From positions 37,572,001-37,636,000 of the forward strand of contig CM060731.1 of NCBI GenBank assembly GCA_030704615.1: a stretch of DNA of 64,000 bases, in the 5' to 3' direction. Source of the stretch: Takakia lepidozioides. Lineage: Eukaryota > Plantae > Bryophyta. The notes below the pieces were generated by a model. The model had not been told where the DNA came from. It saw only the letters and a list, made by a program, of their open reading frames with translations, and made no database searches. Of this stretch, positions 27,170 to 40,568 are shown one piece after another. The position numbers and the translations under genes were made by a program. How positions within the stretch are numbered: the stretch's first letter is position 1; each line of letters starts with the position of its first letter.

Positions 27170-27730
27170 CTAATTTGATGCCATGCGTCCAACCCAACAA
27201 ACCACTTTACAGTAGGCACCATGACTACACAACCATCGCATCATACATTGACACGTGTCATATCCTTGGAAAAACACATGGCAACGAGCTCCTACATGCA
27301 TAGTCATGGGAATGACTTTAAATACATTTAAAATTAAAAATAAACTAATCATATGATGTCACGGGTCCAGATATCAACATGTTGGTAGTCAAGATAATGA
27401 CTGCAAGGCCTCCTCATAATATGTCACGTGTCAATTTTTGGAGATGTCATATGGCGCACATACACGAAAACTATGGACTTATTAAAAAGAGACATGTGTA
27501 CAGTTTGCTGCAGCACACTAAGTCATGTATGGTAGAAGTACATATGACTGCCAAAATGACAGTGAGATGTATCACTTGGTTCACCTTACTGCAGTCATAC
27601 GTGACCGACCATCATGTACTCATTGTATTCACTTGGTTTGCACGACTTAAAGTCATTGTAGTCATATGTACCATATATGACTACGGGATAGTCATATATA
27701 CAGTCATATATACCGCGATCTGTTATAGTG
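27170..27730. mobile_element. CACTA (En/Spm)-like transposon end
   Basis: Ends in ...CTGTTATAGTG (CACTA on the minus strand), preceded by dense subterminal AGTCATAT/ATATGACT repeats in both orientations. Confidence 0.6.
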
Positions 27731-28182
27731 CCATCACCTCCCCCGGTGAGCCACACTCAGCCCTCCCTGGTTTTTTCTGGCTTTCCTGTTGGCTGGATCC
27801 ATTGGCTTTAGTTGGCCTCCTCTTTTTCTCTATGGCTCCGTCCCCAGTGTCGGTGTTCCTCTCGTTTGCATCTATGCAGCTCAAATTATATTTTTCCTTC
27901 CACCTTGTTCAGAATCTCTGCTGAGCCTTTTATCTTGGGCAACCTGCTAAAGCTCCTTGGTCTCAATTCCAGCAGCGAAGGGGGTCTCAGGTCCTCATCA
28001 AATTCGTTCTGGTTTCTTCGGAGACAACGTCTATTTTGCACCTGCAGTCCGATTATCAGTTTTCAAGCCAATGCCTCCGGGGGTCTACCCGCGTCGTCCT
28101 ATCTCAATGCTCAGCTCCTTCTACTGCTTATCTCCAAGCCATCATTTCATGGTCTTGCCATGGGCTTTCCGACCTTCCCTCC

Positions 28183-31100
28183 ATGAATTTTTCCCTCACC
28201 TCATGGAATATTAGAGGGATAGGATCTCTAGCCTCTTTGCCTAAGTGCCGTCGTTTACAACAGTGGGCTTTTGCCTTTAGAGGCTCCAATGACATCATCT
28301 TTCTGCAAGAACATAAACTAGATGCAGCCAAAAATCAAGCCTTAGGAAATGGTTTTTGGCTAGCAATGCTGCCTGGTGGAACCCTACAATTGCAGACTCT
28401 AGAGGAGGAACCGCTATCCTCATTTCTCCTTCTTTGATCTATTTCTTCACATCTGAAGTCTCTTGGATGCAATGCAGAATACAAGTTGCTTTTATCGACC
28501 CTAATTCAGCCTTTGAGTGTTGTGCTTTTGTAAACATCTATGCTCCCATTCGGTTGCTGAAAGAATTGATTTCTGGTCTTTTCTGAGACTCAAAATCCAA
28601 GCTTGCCTTGATGTGGTTCATTGGATTTTCGCGGGTGACCTGAATATGGTTGAGAACTTGGAGGATAGACTAGGATCAACTTCCCACACCTTGTCTTTTG
28701 AAGAGACTGATGCCTGGGAAGCTATGTGTTTTGCTGCGGGTCTGTCAGACTCTTTCAACCATGAGGAGGGTGATCTGCGTTTCACCTGGTCGAACAACCG
28801 CAACCCCCCTGACCTCTGTATGGCCCGCCTTGATCGAATTTATTGCTCCCCCACCCCTCTAATATGGGCAAAGCCTGTTGCGATAGGGCCAATTCTCCTG
28901 GGATTTGATCACTCAGCTGTTTGTGCCAGCTTCTCCATGCCTGATGCTCATTCCAAGGGTCGTGGATTTTTAAAACTAAACCCCTCCATCTTAGCTATTC
29001 CAAAGTGTTTGGATATTTTAACACAGACTTGGCTTCAGGCTGGTGTGGGTTTCTCATCCCCCACGATCAAGTTTATAAAAAAACTGGAGGCTATTAGAAA
29101 AGTGGGGCAAGCCCTCTCAAAAACTCATGCCCAAAGCAGGAATCGGCAGGAGAAAGCCTCACCAAGTGCCTTGCCCAATGTCAGAAGGTTATCGAGTCGG
29201 GCTGGGCATACTCTCAGACTTGGGACTCCTTTCACCTAGCTAAAAGGAACTTGGCTCTGTTACTTTATACGAAGGAGGAAAACATGAGGAGGAAGGCGGA
29301 CATCAACTGGTCTCTCAAGGGAGAGAAGATGACCCGCTATTTCTTTCTTAAAGCCAAACAGCGTCGAGTTGCCACTACCATAGCTGCTTTGAAAAATGAC
29401 CAAGGCCTTCCAGTTTCTCTCCCCAAACAGATGTCCTCTTTAGCTGCCTCCCATTTTGCAGCTCTATTCAGAGCTTGCCCTGACTCTCCACAAATCTCTT
29501 CTGCGAGGAACGCGGTCCTTTCCACCTTCACATCAATAATTTATGAGCCTGAATTGGCCAGCCTCTCGGCCCCTTTCACATCAGGAGAGCTTTCGGATGC
29601 CTTGGACAAGCTTGCCTCATTTAAATCTCCCGGGCTAGAAAGATTACCTGTGGAGCTATTCAAGGCAATTTGGTTGGAATGCGGAGACGATTTTGTTGCT
29701 TTTGCTGAAGATATCCTGCTTAAAGGGATTATGCCCTCGCAAATCTCTCAAGGAGTCATAACCCTTATTCACAAGAAAAGAGACCGGGATGTTCTCCCCA
29801 ACTATAGGCCTATTACCTTGCTCAATGCGGTGTATAAAATTATTGCTAAAGCCTTAGCCTCTAGGCTTCAGCCACTTCTCTACAAGCTCATCAGACCATA
29901 GCAGACCGGTTTCTTAAAAGATCGTATGATCTTAGATAATATCCTGCTTGCCCAAGAAGCTCTCAGCTCAGCTTTTGAGGGCAATCAGCCTCTAGCTATG
30001 CTTATGCTGGACTTTGAAAAGGCTTTTGATAGCATTAGTTAGAGTTATTTGTTGGGGGCCTTACAAAAATGCGGCATTACTAGGATTTTCCTTAGATGGA
30101 TTTGCATCCTTTTCCACTCGGCCTCCAGTAAGGTTATGGTGAATGGTTCTATTTCCAGCTCCTTCCCTCTATTTCGTTTTGTAAGACAGGGGTGCCTCCT
30201 TTCTCCCTTCTTGTTCATTATCGCTGTTGATGGCCTCAACCATCTCCTTCACAATAGGCCTGATGTGGCACCCAATCATCCCCAATTACAGTATTAAATC
30301 TTCCATGTACGCTGATGATACCTCTCTTCTGATTGATAATACCTCTGGAGCTAATGTGGATCGGGCTCTGCTTTCCCTATCCGAGTTCTGTGACTAGAGT
30401 AAATCAAAGGGTATTTTATCTAAGCTAAACGACCCCTCTCTGGCTGCCTGCTCCGTGGGGAGACACCCTTGGTCTTTCCTGGCTTGAAGATGGTCAATCC
30501 CATGTATTTGTTGGGTCACCTGGTGGGACATGACCTGTCTTATTCCTTGTGAGCAGAAGTAATCTTGATCAACCTCAAGAGAAAACTGGCCTACTGGTGC
30601 TCGGTGCACCTCTCCATCACTGGTAGAGCTCTAGTCGTTAACCAGATACTGCTGGCCTCTTCCTGGTTTAGCTCGTCTGTCTGGTCCCCTGGAGATGTCT
30701 TTATCAAAAAAATGAAAGCCATGATTCGGAATTTTATTTGGGGCGCCTCCTCCTCCAGCCAGAACCGTCGTGCATTGATTAGCTAGAAGCAATTAACGCA
30801 GAAAAAGTCCAATGGCGGCTTGGGTATTATAGATCCCCACTCTCAGATCTGTGCCTTACTAGCCAAATGGGTCCCTAGGGTGTTTAGGCACACGTTATCT
30901 CCCTGGAGTCTTCTGGTGCGTCACCACCTTACTCAAGCCCGTCCAGCTCCCTCTTCAGCTTGGCCCCCCCTTAGAGGGACTGTCCACGGAGGTACATCCA
31001 ACTCAGTTCCTTTATCAGGCTCACATGCATGGAGGTCAATCTGGAGAGCCTGGTTTTCCCTAAGAAATCACCTATTGCAATCCATACCTGAGATCCCTGA

Positions 31101-32948
31101 GGAAGTGCACAGACAACCTTTGTTTGGTAATCAGATTCGAGCCTCCGACCTACTGGTAAAATGCTCGGCCAGATGGGCTTCCTGGGAGGTGGCAGGCATC
31201 TCTAATTTTTTCCACCTATGGGAAAATGGAGCTCTTATCCCTGCTGCGATGGCGGAAGACTCCCTTTCTCGAAGAAGACTGAGAACGGGGTGGGAGGTCG
31301 TGATTGGTGATTTTCCCTCTTCCTGGATTAATCTATTCTCCTTCCCAGTCAACATAAGGTGCCTCCCAGCCTGGGTGGCCTTTGATTCTGGCTCATCTCA
31401 ATCTACCTTTTATGCTCTGTCTCAAGAAGGTACTATGATATCTGGTTGGAAATTTATGGCCTATGACTCTGGTCTCCTACACTCTCCCAGCCTAGCAGTT
31501 GTTCCGGAAAATTCTTGCTATGCAATTTGGGTCTTCTGCATGGCCACAGAGACTGTGAACCCCTCTATTGATAATGGCTGCCATACAAACCCATTCTTCT
31601 TGTGGTTTTTGCAAGTGCCTTTGGCTAGGATGCAATTCAACCCCGGAGAGTGGTATTGGAGTGATAGACTCCACTCTTCTTTCTTTTCTTATACGGTGAA
31701 ACTTGGTTACAACCTTCTCAACCCAGTGCATGACATGGATTTAAAATGGACTACGAAGTGGGCTCACCTATAGGATGGCCCATCAGTTTGGAAAGGTATT
31801 TGGAAAGACGTATGGCGGAAGGATCGTGCAGCCAAAGTTTCTGGCTTTCCCTGGAAATTGGTTAATCGAATTCTACCGCTAAAGACTTGTTTTCCTGGCT
31901 CACCCCCCCACTGCATTTCCTGCACGACTGGGATCCCTGAATCATTGGAGCACTACTTTGTTTCTTGCCCATTGGCAAATTACCTCTGGTCTACAGTCCT
32001 TCCTTTTGTTGACTTCTGGAATCCAGTGCCTAGAAATGCTCCAGCAGTGCTGCTCTTAAATTTTCACGGTGGAGGGGTGTGGTCTAAATGCCCGGTCTTG
32101 GCTGCACTCAAGGCTCACGTTATGTGGAACTTGTGGAAGGCCAAATGTGGTCTGGTCTACTCGGGTAAGCCTTTCTCAATCAGTCTGTGCTTTTTGTGAC
32201 TCACTCAGAGATCATGTCTGAGGCCCGCAAGGCATGGGTGGTGATAGGTTCAGCTCTTTCCAGATACGTCTTAAGCTCCTTCAAGACTCCTTGGGGCAGA
32301 GGAGGGCGGATCTGTACCAGATTGTCGAAATCAAGGGTTCATTGGAATGACAGCATCCCACCGGAGTGGCAGCTCGCTTAGCTCCATGCGCTCCCATATG
32401 GGTGGGGACGAGCCTGAAGTTAATTGGAGACACAAGAAATCGTTCAAGAAGGGCAAGGCTAAGGCGCTCTCTTTTGGTAGCTTGAATTAGTGGGCTGCTT
32501 CTTGGGTTTGCCCTGCAGCTTAGTGTTAGCTCCCGCCTCTCGGGTTTTTTATGCTGCTCTCTGTTAATGCAACTTCGGGGGTTTTTTTTATGATACCTAG
32601 GATATGCTGTAGTGGCCGTTCTTCTGTGTACTTGGCCTGCTCCAGTTCCTAGCCTGCTTCGATTCTTAGGATTTCTCCTGCTTTAATTCTCCCCAAGCTT
32701 AGGAGCTGTTTTCTGGTTCCTGGCCGCCCCAGTTTCTTTGCAATCTACTGCTGGCAGATTCTAGACTCTGGCTTTCTGCTCCCCCTCCATTTCATGTTTG
32801 ATCACGAAGCATTTGTCTTCCTCAATCAGCCTCCATGGCACCCCCTAGAGGTTATTTTTTCCTCTTGTACTTCTCGGATATTTTGTCCATATTTATAAAG
32901 CTGGAGGCCTCCATCCCTCTTCTTATTATTAATTAAAAAAAAAAAAAA
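28183..32948 (+). mobile_element. L1 LINE ORF2 (APE endonuclease, RT, C-terminal zinc finger), 3' UTR and poly(A); inactivated
   Basis: EN motifs SWNIRG, DIIFLQEHK, NIYAP, GDLN, FTWSN, RLDRIY and DHSAV. RT motifs KSPG, NYRPITLLNAVYKIIAKALASRL, LDFEKAFDS, VRQGCLLSP and YADD. Zinc finger CISC...ESLEHYFVSC. Poly(A) at about 32935-32948. Many stops and frameshifts. Confidence 0.95.
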
Positions 32949-34382
32949 CCCTTTCTTCCTCTCGGATTGATGTTGGCCAATGGATGCCACATCATATGGT
33001 CATTATTGGCAACCTCAAGCTCAACTGCCCTAGGGGGTAACCAGGGGACGAATTGCTGGTTACCTGGTGTAGCCCCTGCAACCCGATCCTGTTCCACTTC
33101 AGAAAGCAGGACCTGATCTCCCTCAAGTTCCTCTTGCTTTTCCTTAATGTAAAGATTTTCCAGCTTTTTTCCTGTGTTTTAGGTCGAATCTTCTGGAGCA
33201 AATTTCGTGATGGCGGGTCTTACAGAGAAATTCCCCATATGACATTTCGTACGCGGGATACCACGGAAGATATCTTAAGGGGAATTTCCCTGTAAGGCTG
33301 GGCCCATTTCTTTTCTTTTCTTTATCTTTATCTTTCAATTTCTTTACTTCTTGTCTTTTTCCTCCTACGGCCCTCAGTCGCAAACCTCAAAAGGCGGAAG
33401 TACTTGGGGCCCACTGACTTCGCTCTTCTTTTCGGGAAAACGTGCCTAGCTTTAGTATTTAAGAAATAAGAAATAAATTCCTACGGTGAGATCATGCCAG
33501 ACAGCCAGTCTGCAATAGTATGGTACACTATAAAGGGAAAGATATTCCATTTGTAGAGTATTTTTCATCCGTCCATTTGCCAGTTCACATCCGTTCATGC
33601 CAGCCACGCCGGACGATGGCATCTGCGGCAAATCGGAATCTGGTCTCTGACTCTCTGCTCATGCGATGTCCCGTCTTTTACATAATTCCACACGCCTTTC
33701 ACGCTTTGGAGGTCCGCCATCCCGGATTATTCCGCATGCAGGACCGGAAATCTGATCTAACGGCCCGGTGAGTGTGAACGTGGCCGAGCAGCAGCCATGG
33801 CCAATACGTAGCGGCCAAATTGGTTTTTCCACGCGTGCGAAGCTTTGTGTCGAAACATGACCGGCATCTGCACACGTCAGCAGAGTGAAGCAACGGATGA
33901 ATTCTCCCGTTCTGATAATTTCATCCAGTTATCTATATTTGTCACGGCGTATTAGCACCGATGGAATAAAGCAAGGATTTCTCGAATATGAGGGTTTTAT
34001 TCGGATATTAGTAGGTTTAGGCCGTAGTTAGGTCGGGCCCACCCAGTGCTTTTTCAAACTCTGTCTTTTCCGTTTTGGTTTTTCTATTTGATAATGATCT
34101 TAACTTTCACATAAACTACTTTTGGTGAGGGAAGGACGAAAGCAGGATGGATGGATAGATGATGCCATGTTTCTGTTAACTTATGACCGATAGGTTCGAC
34201 GGTGGCGCTGATGGACGTAAAAGAGGCGAAACCATGCATCGAGGAACAAGGATCACACGTGCGATGTCAGCTCAAATTGGGGCTGCCGTTGACGGCAGCG
34301 TCAGTGCCGCAGCACGGGGACGGCGACCGCGGACAGGCGCCGTTCTACCGCGGCTCCGGCTGCCTTCAGCTCAGATCTAAAC

Positions 34383-34623
34383 TATATATATATATATATA
34401 TATTTAAAAGGAAACCTGGGAGCGACTGCTCACAATTCAGGCCCTTGAGGAGGGGGAAAAATTAAACCCCTTTCAGATAAGCCATTAGGCACACAGGTGG
34501 GAAACGTCACCACCAGACCAGCCGGTCACGAACAATCCACACACCAGGCAGGGCAGCGGGTTTGAACCCCGAACCACCAGGGCGACACACTGTCCACTTA
34601 CCAGCTGAGCTACCAGCTGATGT
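34383..34623 (-). mobile_element. tRNA-derived SINE, same family as 9447-9698
   Basis: The minus strand has GCTGGTAGCTCAGCTGGTAAG and GGTTCAAACCCGCTGCCCTGCC, the same 3' end as copy 1, and a (TA)n tail. Confidence 0.85.
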
Positions 34624-35203
34624 AAGCTAATTAGGGTAGAGGATGAATGAAATCGTGATGAATGAAGTAAATAGTATAATCCTCCTGGATGAATGGATCA
34701 GTAGACTTTGGATGAATAATAAAGGTGATGATGAATGAAATGGAGTACGGACTATTCTTCTAAAACTCGGTGGAGAGATGATAGGTAAAACATTAGTATG
34801 GCGAAGGTGGATATGTTTATTTTTCAACAACTTCTTAATTTATGTCACTCTATAGAAAGGGATAGAGATATTGATAGGGAGTTATTAAAAAAATAACAAA
34901 TAGAAGAGGCCTATATCAAAGACGATTAGGTAACGTCCGGAGCTAGCCTCTCGGCAAGCTTACCACTAGGCATGGGTTCCAAAAGGAAGACTTGGCCAAC
35001 CAAGTATAACTCATGGTGTAACTTGTAACTTCACCCCAAAGGGCTACTGTCTTGTTTGAAAGGTGGACACCTTCTACAATTGTAACTATAGCAACACCCA
35101 ATAACTCAAAACTCGTCAAGTACCACAAGTTGAGTAACCGATCATTGACCCACTTACCCCTAGGTTGGCCCTAACGCGGCATCAACACTTATGTGGTTTC
35201 AAC

Positions 35204-35544
35204 TAGTGTTGGGTGGATATTAAATTCTCTTTAATATTGGTTGATTCCAGGTATTAAAACTTGTGGTTTTAGACATCCGCCGGTTCCAGGTATTACCATG
35301 ATGACAAACATCGGATCTGGGTATGCATCCGGTTATTAAGCTTAGGGCCGAGATCCACCATGTATGACAAGTATTGGCCGGAAATCCAACGGTTTTAACA
35401 CCAGGTACATAATTTTTTTTTTTCATATTTTCATATCCACTTGTTATGCATCTAACCCGGATCCTTAAAAATGTGGGTGATGGGTCCGGATACATTGATA
35501 TCTTGTTGTTGATCTCCTGATGACTCTATATCCGCCTAGCACTG
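35204..35544. mobile_element. hAT-type MITE
   Basis: TIRs are TAGTGTTGGGTGGATAT and the reverse complement CAGTGCTAGGCGGATAT. The 8-bp TSD matches 7/8: GTTTCAAC (35196-35203) versus GTTTTAAC (35545-35552). Confidence 0.75.
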
Positions 35545-36639
35545 GTTTTAACCCATGGTCCCTTATGAAGATGACCTTGTGGTCTAACCCCTGGGCCATC
35601 TATTGGATGTATACAACAGGTTCACCAATAACTATGAACTTCTTTGAAAAATGACAATCTTAAGACTATGAGAGGGTATCAGCGACCGTATCGTTGAGCG
35701 TATCAGCAAGTGTGAATGACCCTCAAGTCACAAACATGATCGAACTGAACCTTAGGTCACCAAAAAACATAAATGTCTAAGCTGAAGGTGAAAAGAAAAC
35801 TAAGATGGAAGATGGATAAACTTTGAAAAACCACGTGCCATAAAACCAAGAATACTACGGATTTATCGTTAGTCACTTTGATAACTAGCTATGCTATCAG
35901 CCAGCTTGCACTCATGACATTGCATGTAACAAACTTTTTCTCAAGATCATATCATATATATGATTATGCGAAATGTGCATCTTCAAATCTAATTGGGACT
36001 ACGTGATAATCCAATAGCTGCAAAGTTACAGAGATCCATTACATCTTTTGATTAGCTCAAATTTGATATGTACATTACTAGGCAACCCAGCTCACCGTTG
36101 TTCAATAGAAATAAATAAAAAATAAAAAATAAAAAATTCAACTCTCACACTTATGAAGTAGAGATTAGAACTTTGCAATATGTTCATATTTATACATTAT
36201 ATTTACAAAGAAAATTACTCTCTCACTCCCCAAAATCGACTATCCCATCATCTTATGCTCAAAATTAGAAACAGCGCCGGTGTTTTATCAAAAACAATTC
36301 GGTCCTAAATCCTATGAGGGCACCTGAGATGCCATGGCGCAGATTAGGGAAGATGACACTAAGCTACAAAAGATAATTGCAACTAGACCTATTATTACAT
36401 GAAATGCAATGGTCTTCACATAATATTGGGGGTCCACCCACAAAAATAAAGGTCAGTGACACAAATTCACCGTATTTCTCATTGTTTCAGTTAATCAAAT
36501 TGTAGGAGACGGGGCCTTGGGTCTATACATCGCCTGAAATTCCTCTCATAGTCTCGGCCATAACACAATCAAATGTTGGAGAAAATGAAGAATGGTTTTG
36601 AGGACATGGTCAAGAGTCTGAACAATGCTCATTTGTTCC

Positions 36640-37930
36640 AGCAAAAGAAGATTTTGTTACAAACCCGGGCGACGGCGGTCGTCCGAAAATAAGTAAATAA
36701 ATAAATAATATATATATATAGAAAATTTCTAAAATAATATCGAGAACGCTATAGCTAGCTGTCCCAATTTTTTTTAATATTTTTTAATTTAATAATATTA
36801 AGATCAAGACCAATAGAGCTGGTGGTCATAATTTATTATTATTTTTATTATTTTTATTGGGACCGCCAGAACTGACGGTCCTATTTATTTTAGATAGTTC
36901 CTATTTTGTTTTATTAATATTGGGACCGTCAGCTCTGATAGTAGGATGACTGTAGTCATCGTGCAGCGGTCATCGACAAAAAATTAAATTGAAATATAAA
37001 CATAAATATAAATATATCATCGGATCACCAGCATTAGCGGTCCCAATTTATTATTATTTTAAAATATTATTTTTAATTAATATCGCTATTATTAGAGCTG
37101 ATGGTATCTATTTTAATTTTAAAAAATAGAATTAAAAAAACTTGCTTCTGCTTACTTTGGCGGTAGGGTGGGCGACCGTTGCCGTTACCAGACCAACTAT
37201 ATATATATTTTATTTTTATTATTTTTATTATTTTTGAAATCAGTCTTGAACTTCTCATAAGCCAAGTTGAAGGCATTCTTCACTTACAAAGCAACATGAG
37301 CTACTACTTGTTTGTCGTCAAATATATTAGTTTGCCTTGGTTCCACTTCCACGTTGTTGTACAATGGTCACCCCTCAGTTTGAGATTGCGCTAGCCGGAC
37401 ATAATAATTCTTTGCGTTTGGTGAAACACGGAATGAAGTCCCAGGCCCAACATGGAGCTTAGATGGACTTCCATTCGCGACCATGGCCACGGATCGCTCC
37501 ATTGCAAAACCAAACAACCACCGCAAATAGCAATGAACAACTCCCCAACCTCTTCACAACTCCAACCCTCTATTGATATAAATGCGCATGTGAAGGGTTG
37601 AAGGGGTCAGGTAAGGAAGGGTTGAAGTGAAGCGAAGGAACAGATGTGCAGATAACATCCCGTCGCTTGGCAAAGCTTCAAGGGCAGGGTAGGGCAGGGA
37701 TGGATGAATGGGGGATGAAGAATACTGATGACAAATAAATGACTTATGATGTAAAATTTTGAGATTGTCAAAGTTGACGGTCCTTATTTTTATTATTATT
37801 TTTAGTAATTTCGAGACTGTCAGAGCTCGCGATCCCAAATTTTATTTATTTATTCTGACGATCTGGACCATCAAAATTTGGTCGCATGAAAGTAAAATTG
37901 TAAGAAAAATACTTGACATAAAATTAGTTG
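36640..37930. mobile_element. Non-autonomous element with a repeated GAGCTGATGGTCCC-like motif in AT-rich spacers
   Basis: Motif variants in both orientations at about 36815, 36860, 36922, 37022, 37094, 37772 and 37812. Boundaries are uncertain. Confidence 0.4.
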
Positions 37931-39459
37931 TAACGTGACACTGATGGGTTTGCGCCACATCACGTCATAATTGACAACTGGGATGTGTAGCATAAATAGC
38001 TTCACCCAAAAACTTCCACACGACATTCCCCCTCAACCAGAATGACACCAACGTCAGTCTTCAGGACCATTTTCCCATACTACTAACACATGGGTTGGAC
38101 AGATAGAACATTTCTGCTTAATGTCTGGAATTTCTGCTAACTCTTGCATAAAGTTAGCTTCAGGAATTACCAATATATCTCTGCCACAAAAAAGAAACTT
38201 GTCGTGGCTCACCCTGCACATGCATTGATCTTAGCTGAAGTCTTTAAGATGTCTGTGATCATGCACCTTGCATCATATAGGTCTTATTTTATGGAACAGT
38301 GCATCTGTGTCTCATTTGACGAATTTCCACAACCTGAGCTGGGCTCTATAGGTGGAAGGAAGCTCTCAAGGATTGTGGTAGGATGTCTTGACACTATGTG
38401 TTCAAGTATCCCCAATTCTGGCCAGCTAAGAAACTCCCTATTAATAAGCTTGGCTTGCATAATTTCCAACGGAAGTTATACTATAGTATGATCATTGAAC
38501 AAACATCGCGCCACCGTTGGAGAATATGTATTTGCAAGGCCAAAAAAAGTTTCATCTTACATCACTGCTTTTGCCTTAGTATTGTCAAACCTGCACAATG
38601 CATTACCCTGGGCGAAAATCCTCGTGGGAACGTAATCTAATTTCTTAGTTGATTCAGTGGTATTGTCTTCTACATCAACTAGAAAACTTGAGCTTTTATC
38701 TAGGCGGTGCAACAAATCTTCTACGAAGCTTGTCATTTTTTGTCCAACATGATTGAATTCGTCTCTCCAACAAGATTTTCTTCATAGACGGATCTAGAAG
38801 CCATATATAAAAGTAGTAGTTTGTGACTTCTAAAAACATATTGAGTCTAAGAGTTTGAATAGAATTCCCACTCAACTTCCACACTCACACCAATTACGCT
38901 GCTCACTGCAATCAATCTATAACTCTCTCTCTCACAAAAAAATAAAAGAGAAATAATATACATAACACAAGAAACGATTTATGCAATTCTAATAAATGTC
39001 GTGACATAAAACTAAATCTAAAAAAATTCAATGTGGTCAGCACCTCCATACTTGGAGCGTAAACTAATAAACGACAAATCCAAATAATAACTTTGAAAAA
39101 TTCACCAAACAAAAACATAGATCAAATGTACATGCAGAATCAACACAGACTACAAACCTGGCAGAGCGTTATTGACGATGTTGCAATTGCCCTGTGGCTT
39201 CTATGTGAGGTTTCACATGATCAAGAAGACAAGTAACGTGACTACGAATATCCTCGTTGGGATCATATACAAGTGGCCGTACTACCCTACAAGTACAACA
39301 ATTATAATTTATCACTAAATCATGACAAATGATCAAAGCACGCACATCCTATATTTTAAATGTCAAACATAAGTTACAAAGTTGCTTACCGTTGTTCCCG
39401 TTCCTTAGCTTCAAAACCACAGCTGGAACATGTCAAGACAAATCCCTCTTGTTTGTGTG

Positions 39460-39880
39460 ATCTTCCTCACCTTGTGGTTATTCCATCACAAAACGACATA
39501 CTCTATATCGTCTTCAATCATCGGTAGAAACACTCTTGTAAGAGAGCTCATATGCCATTGATTGTCTATAAAATGTCTTCTCTCTCTATGACCTCAAACA
39601 AATGTTTGTAAAAGAATGTCCCATGCGTCCATACTTGCTTCCAAAAATACTCAGTACGTTGGTTGTATACAAAATAACTTGTCAAAAATGGCCGATGCAC
39701 CTTAGGTCGTGTTTGTTTAATATCTACACGAACTAGTGCGTGCTCCTTTGCGAAATCAGACCTTATTCATATTGGGTGTCCATACTTGCGAGTAGCCTCT
39801 GCATAACCTGCGTACAATATTTCTTGCTTCTTGTCATAAGCCATCCGAAGCCAAAGAACACAATGGGTGGCCCACAAGTA
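39460..39880 (-). mobile_element. Decayed DDE integrase-core transposase (IS3/IS481-like eukaryotic family)
   Basis: Translation: HCVLWLRMAYDKKQEILYAGYAEATRKYGHPI*IRSDFAKEHALV...RPFLTSYFVYNQRTEYFWKQV...FYKHLFEVIEREDIL, then a frameshift, then DNQWHMSSLTRVFLPMIEDDIEYVVL*WNNHKVRK. Confidence 0.7.
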
Positions 39881-40568
39881 ATGTTGATGTGTGATGTGTT
39901 GTATATGGGTATGCATTAGAAAAAAAATGAGGCCAAAGAAAGGCTGTCCCAAGGTGACACCAGCTCTTATAGCTGCTCAAGGCGGACAGAAATATTTGAA
40001 CGGTCCATAACCGCCACGGTGGTAGAATGGTTCTACGGGTATTCTATGGTGGCAAAATTGGTGCCAGGGGTGTTCTGCCATGGGTGTTTCTAGCGCCTCT
40101 TCCCGCGGGGGTCTTCGCGCGCTTACCGCAGGCGTCTTCGCGCGTTCTGTCCGCAGGGGTGCTAGCGCTTCTTGCCGCCGGGTTTCTCCCACAGTCGCAA
40201 CTACTCTCGGTTTAGCTCCCACTCCTCTCTCAGCTCCTGCTCATCCCCGCTGAGAGCTTGCAGCAGATGAACGGTGGCGCGAAAGTGAGGAAAACTTGAC
40301 AACGATGGCGCGAAACCCAAAGCTTACCTGACAATGGCATGTAACACTTCCGCTTAGCAACGTGAAGCCCTAGTATTATAGTACAAAACATAAAAATTCC
40401 AAAGGGGTTGTAAGAAAGTAGCGGGTAGTTGGATGCATTGATCATTATTGCAGGGGTGTTGGGTTCAGACCTCGCCCATGGAGTGATGGAAATTGTATGT
40501 TTAAGGATTTGACCGAGGTACCATTAGATTTTTGCATCTCCAAATTTTTTCTAAGACCTCAAGCGGAT

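Noticed and set aside
29899-31775. TAG at several conserved Trp positions of L1 ORF2 as programmed read-through or A-to-I recoding
   Set aside because: The ORF also has many frameshifts. TGG>TAG transitions are the expected decay of a methylated TE.
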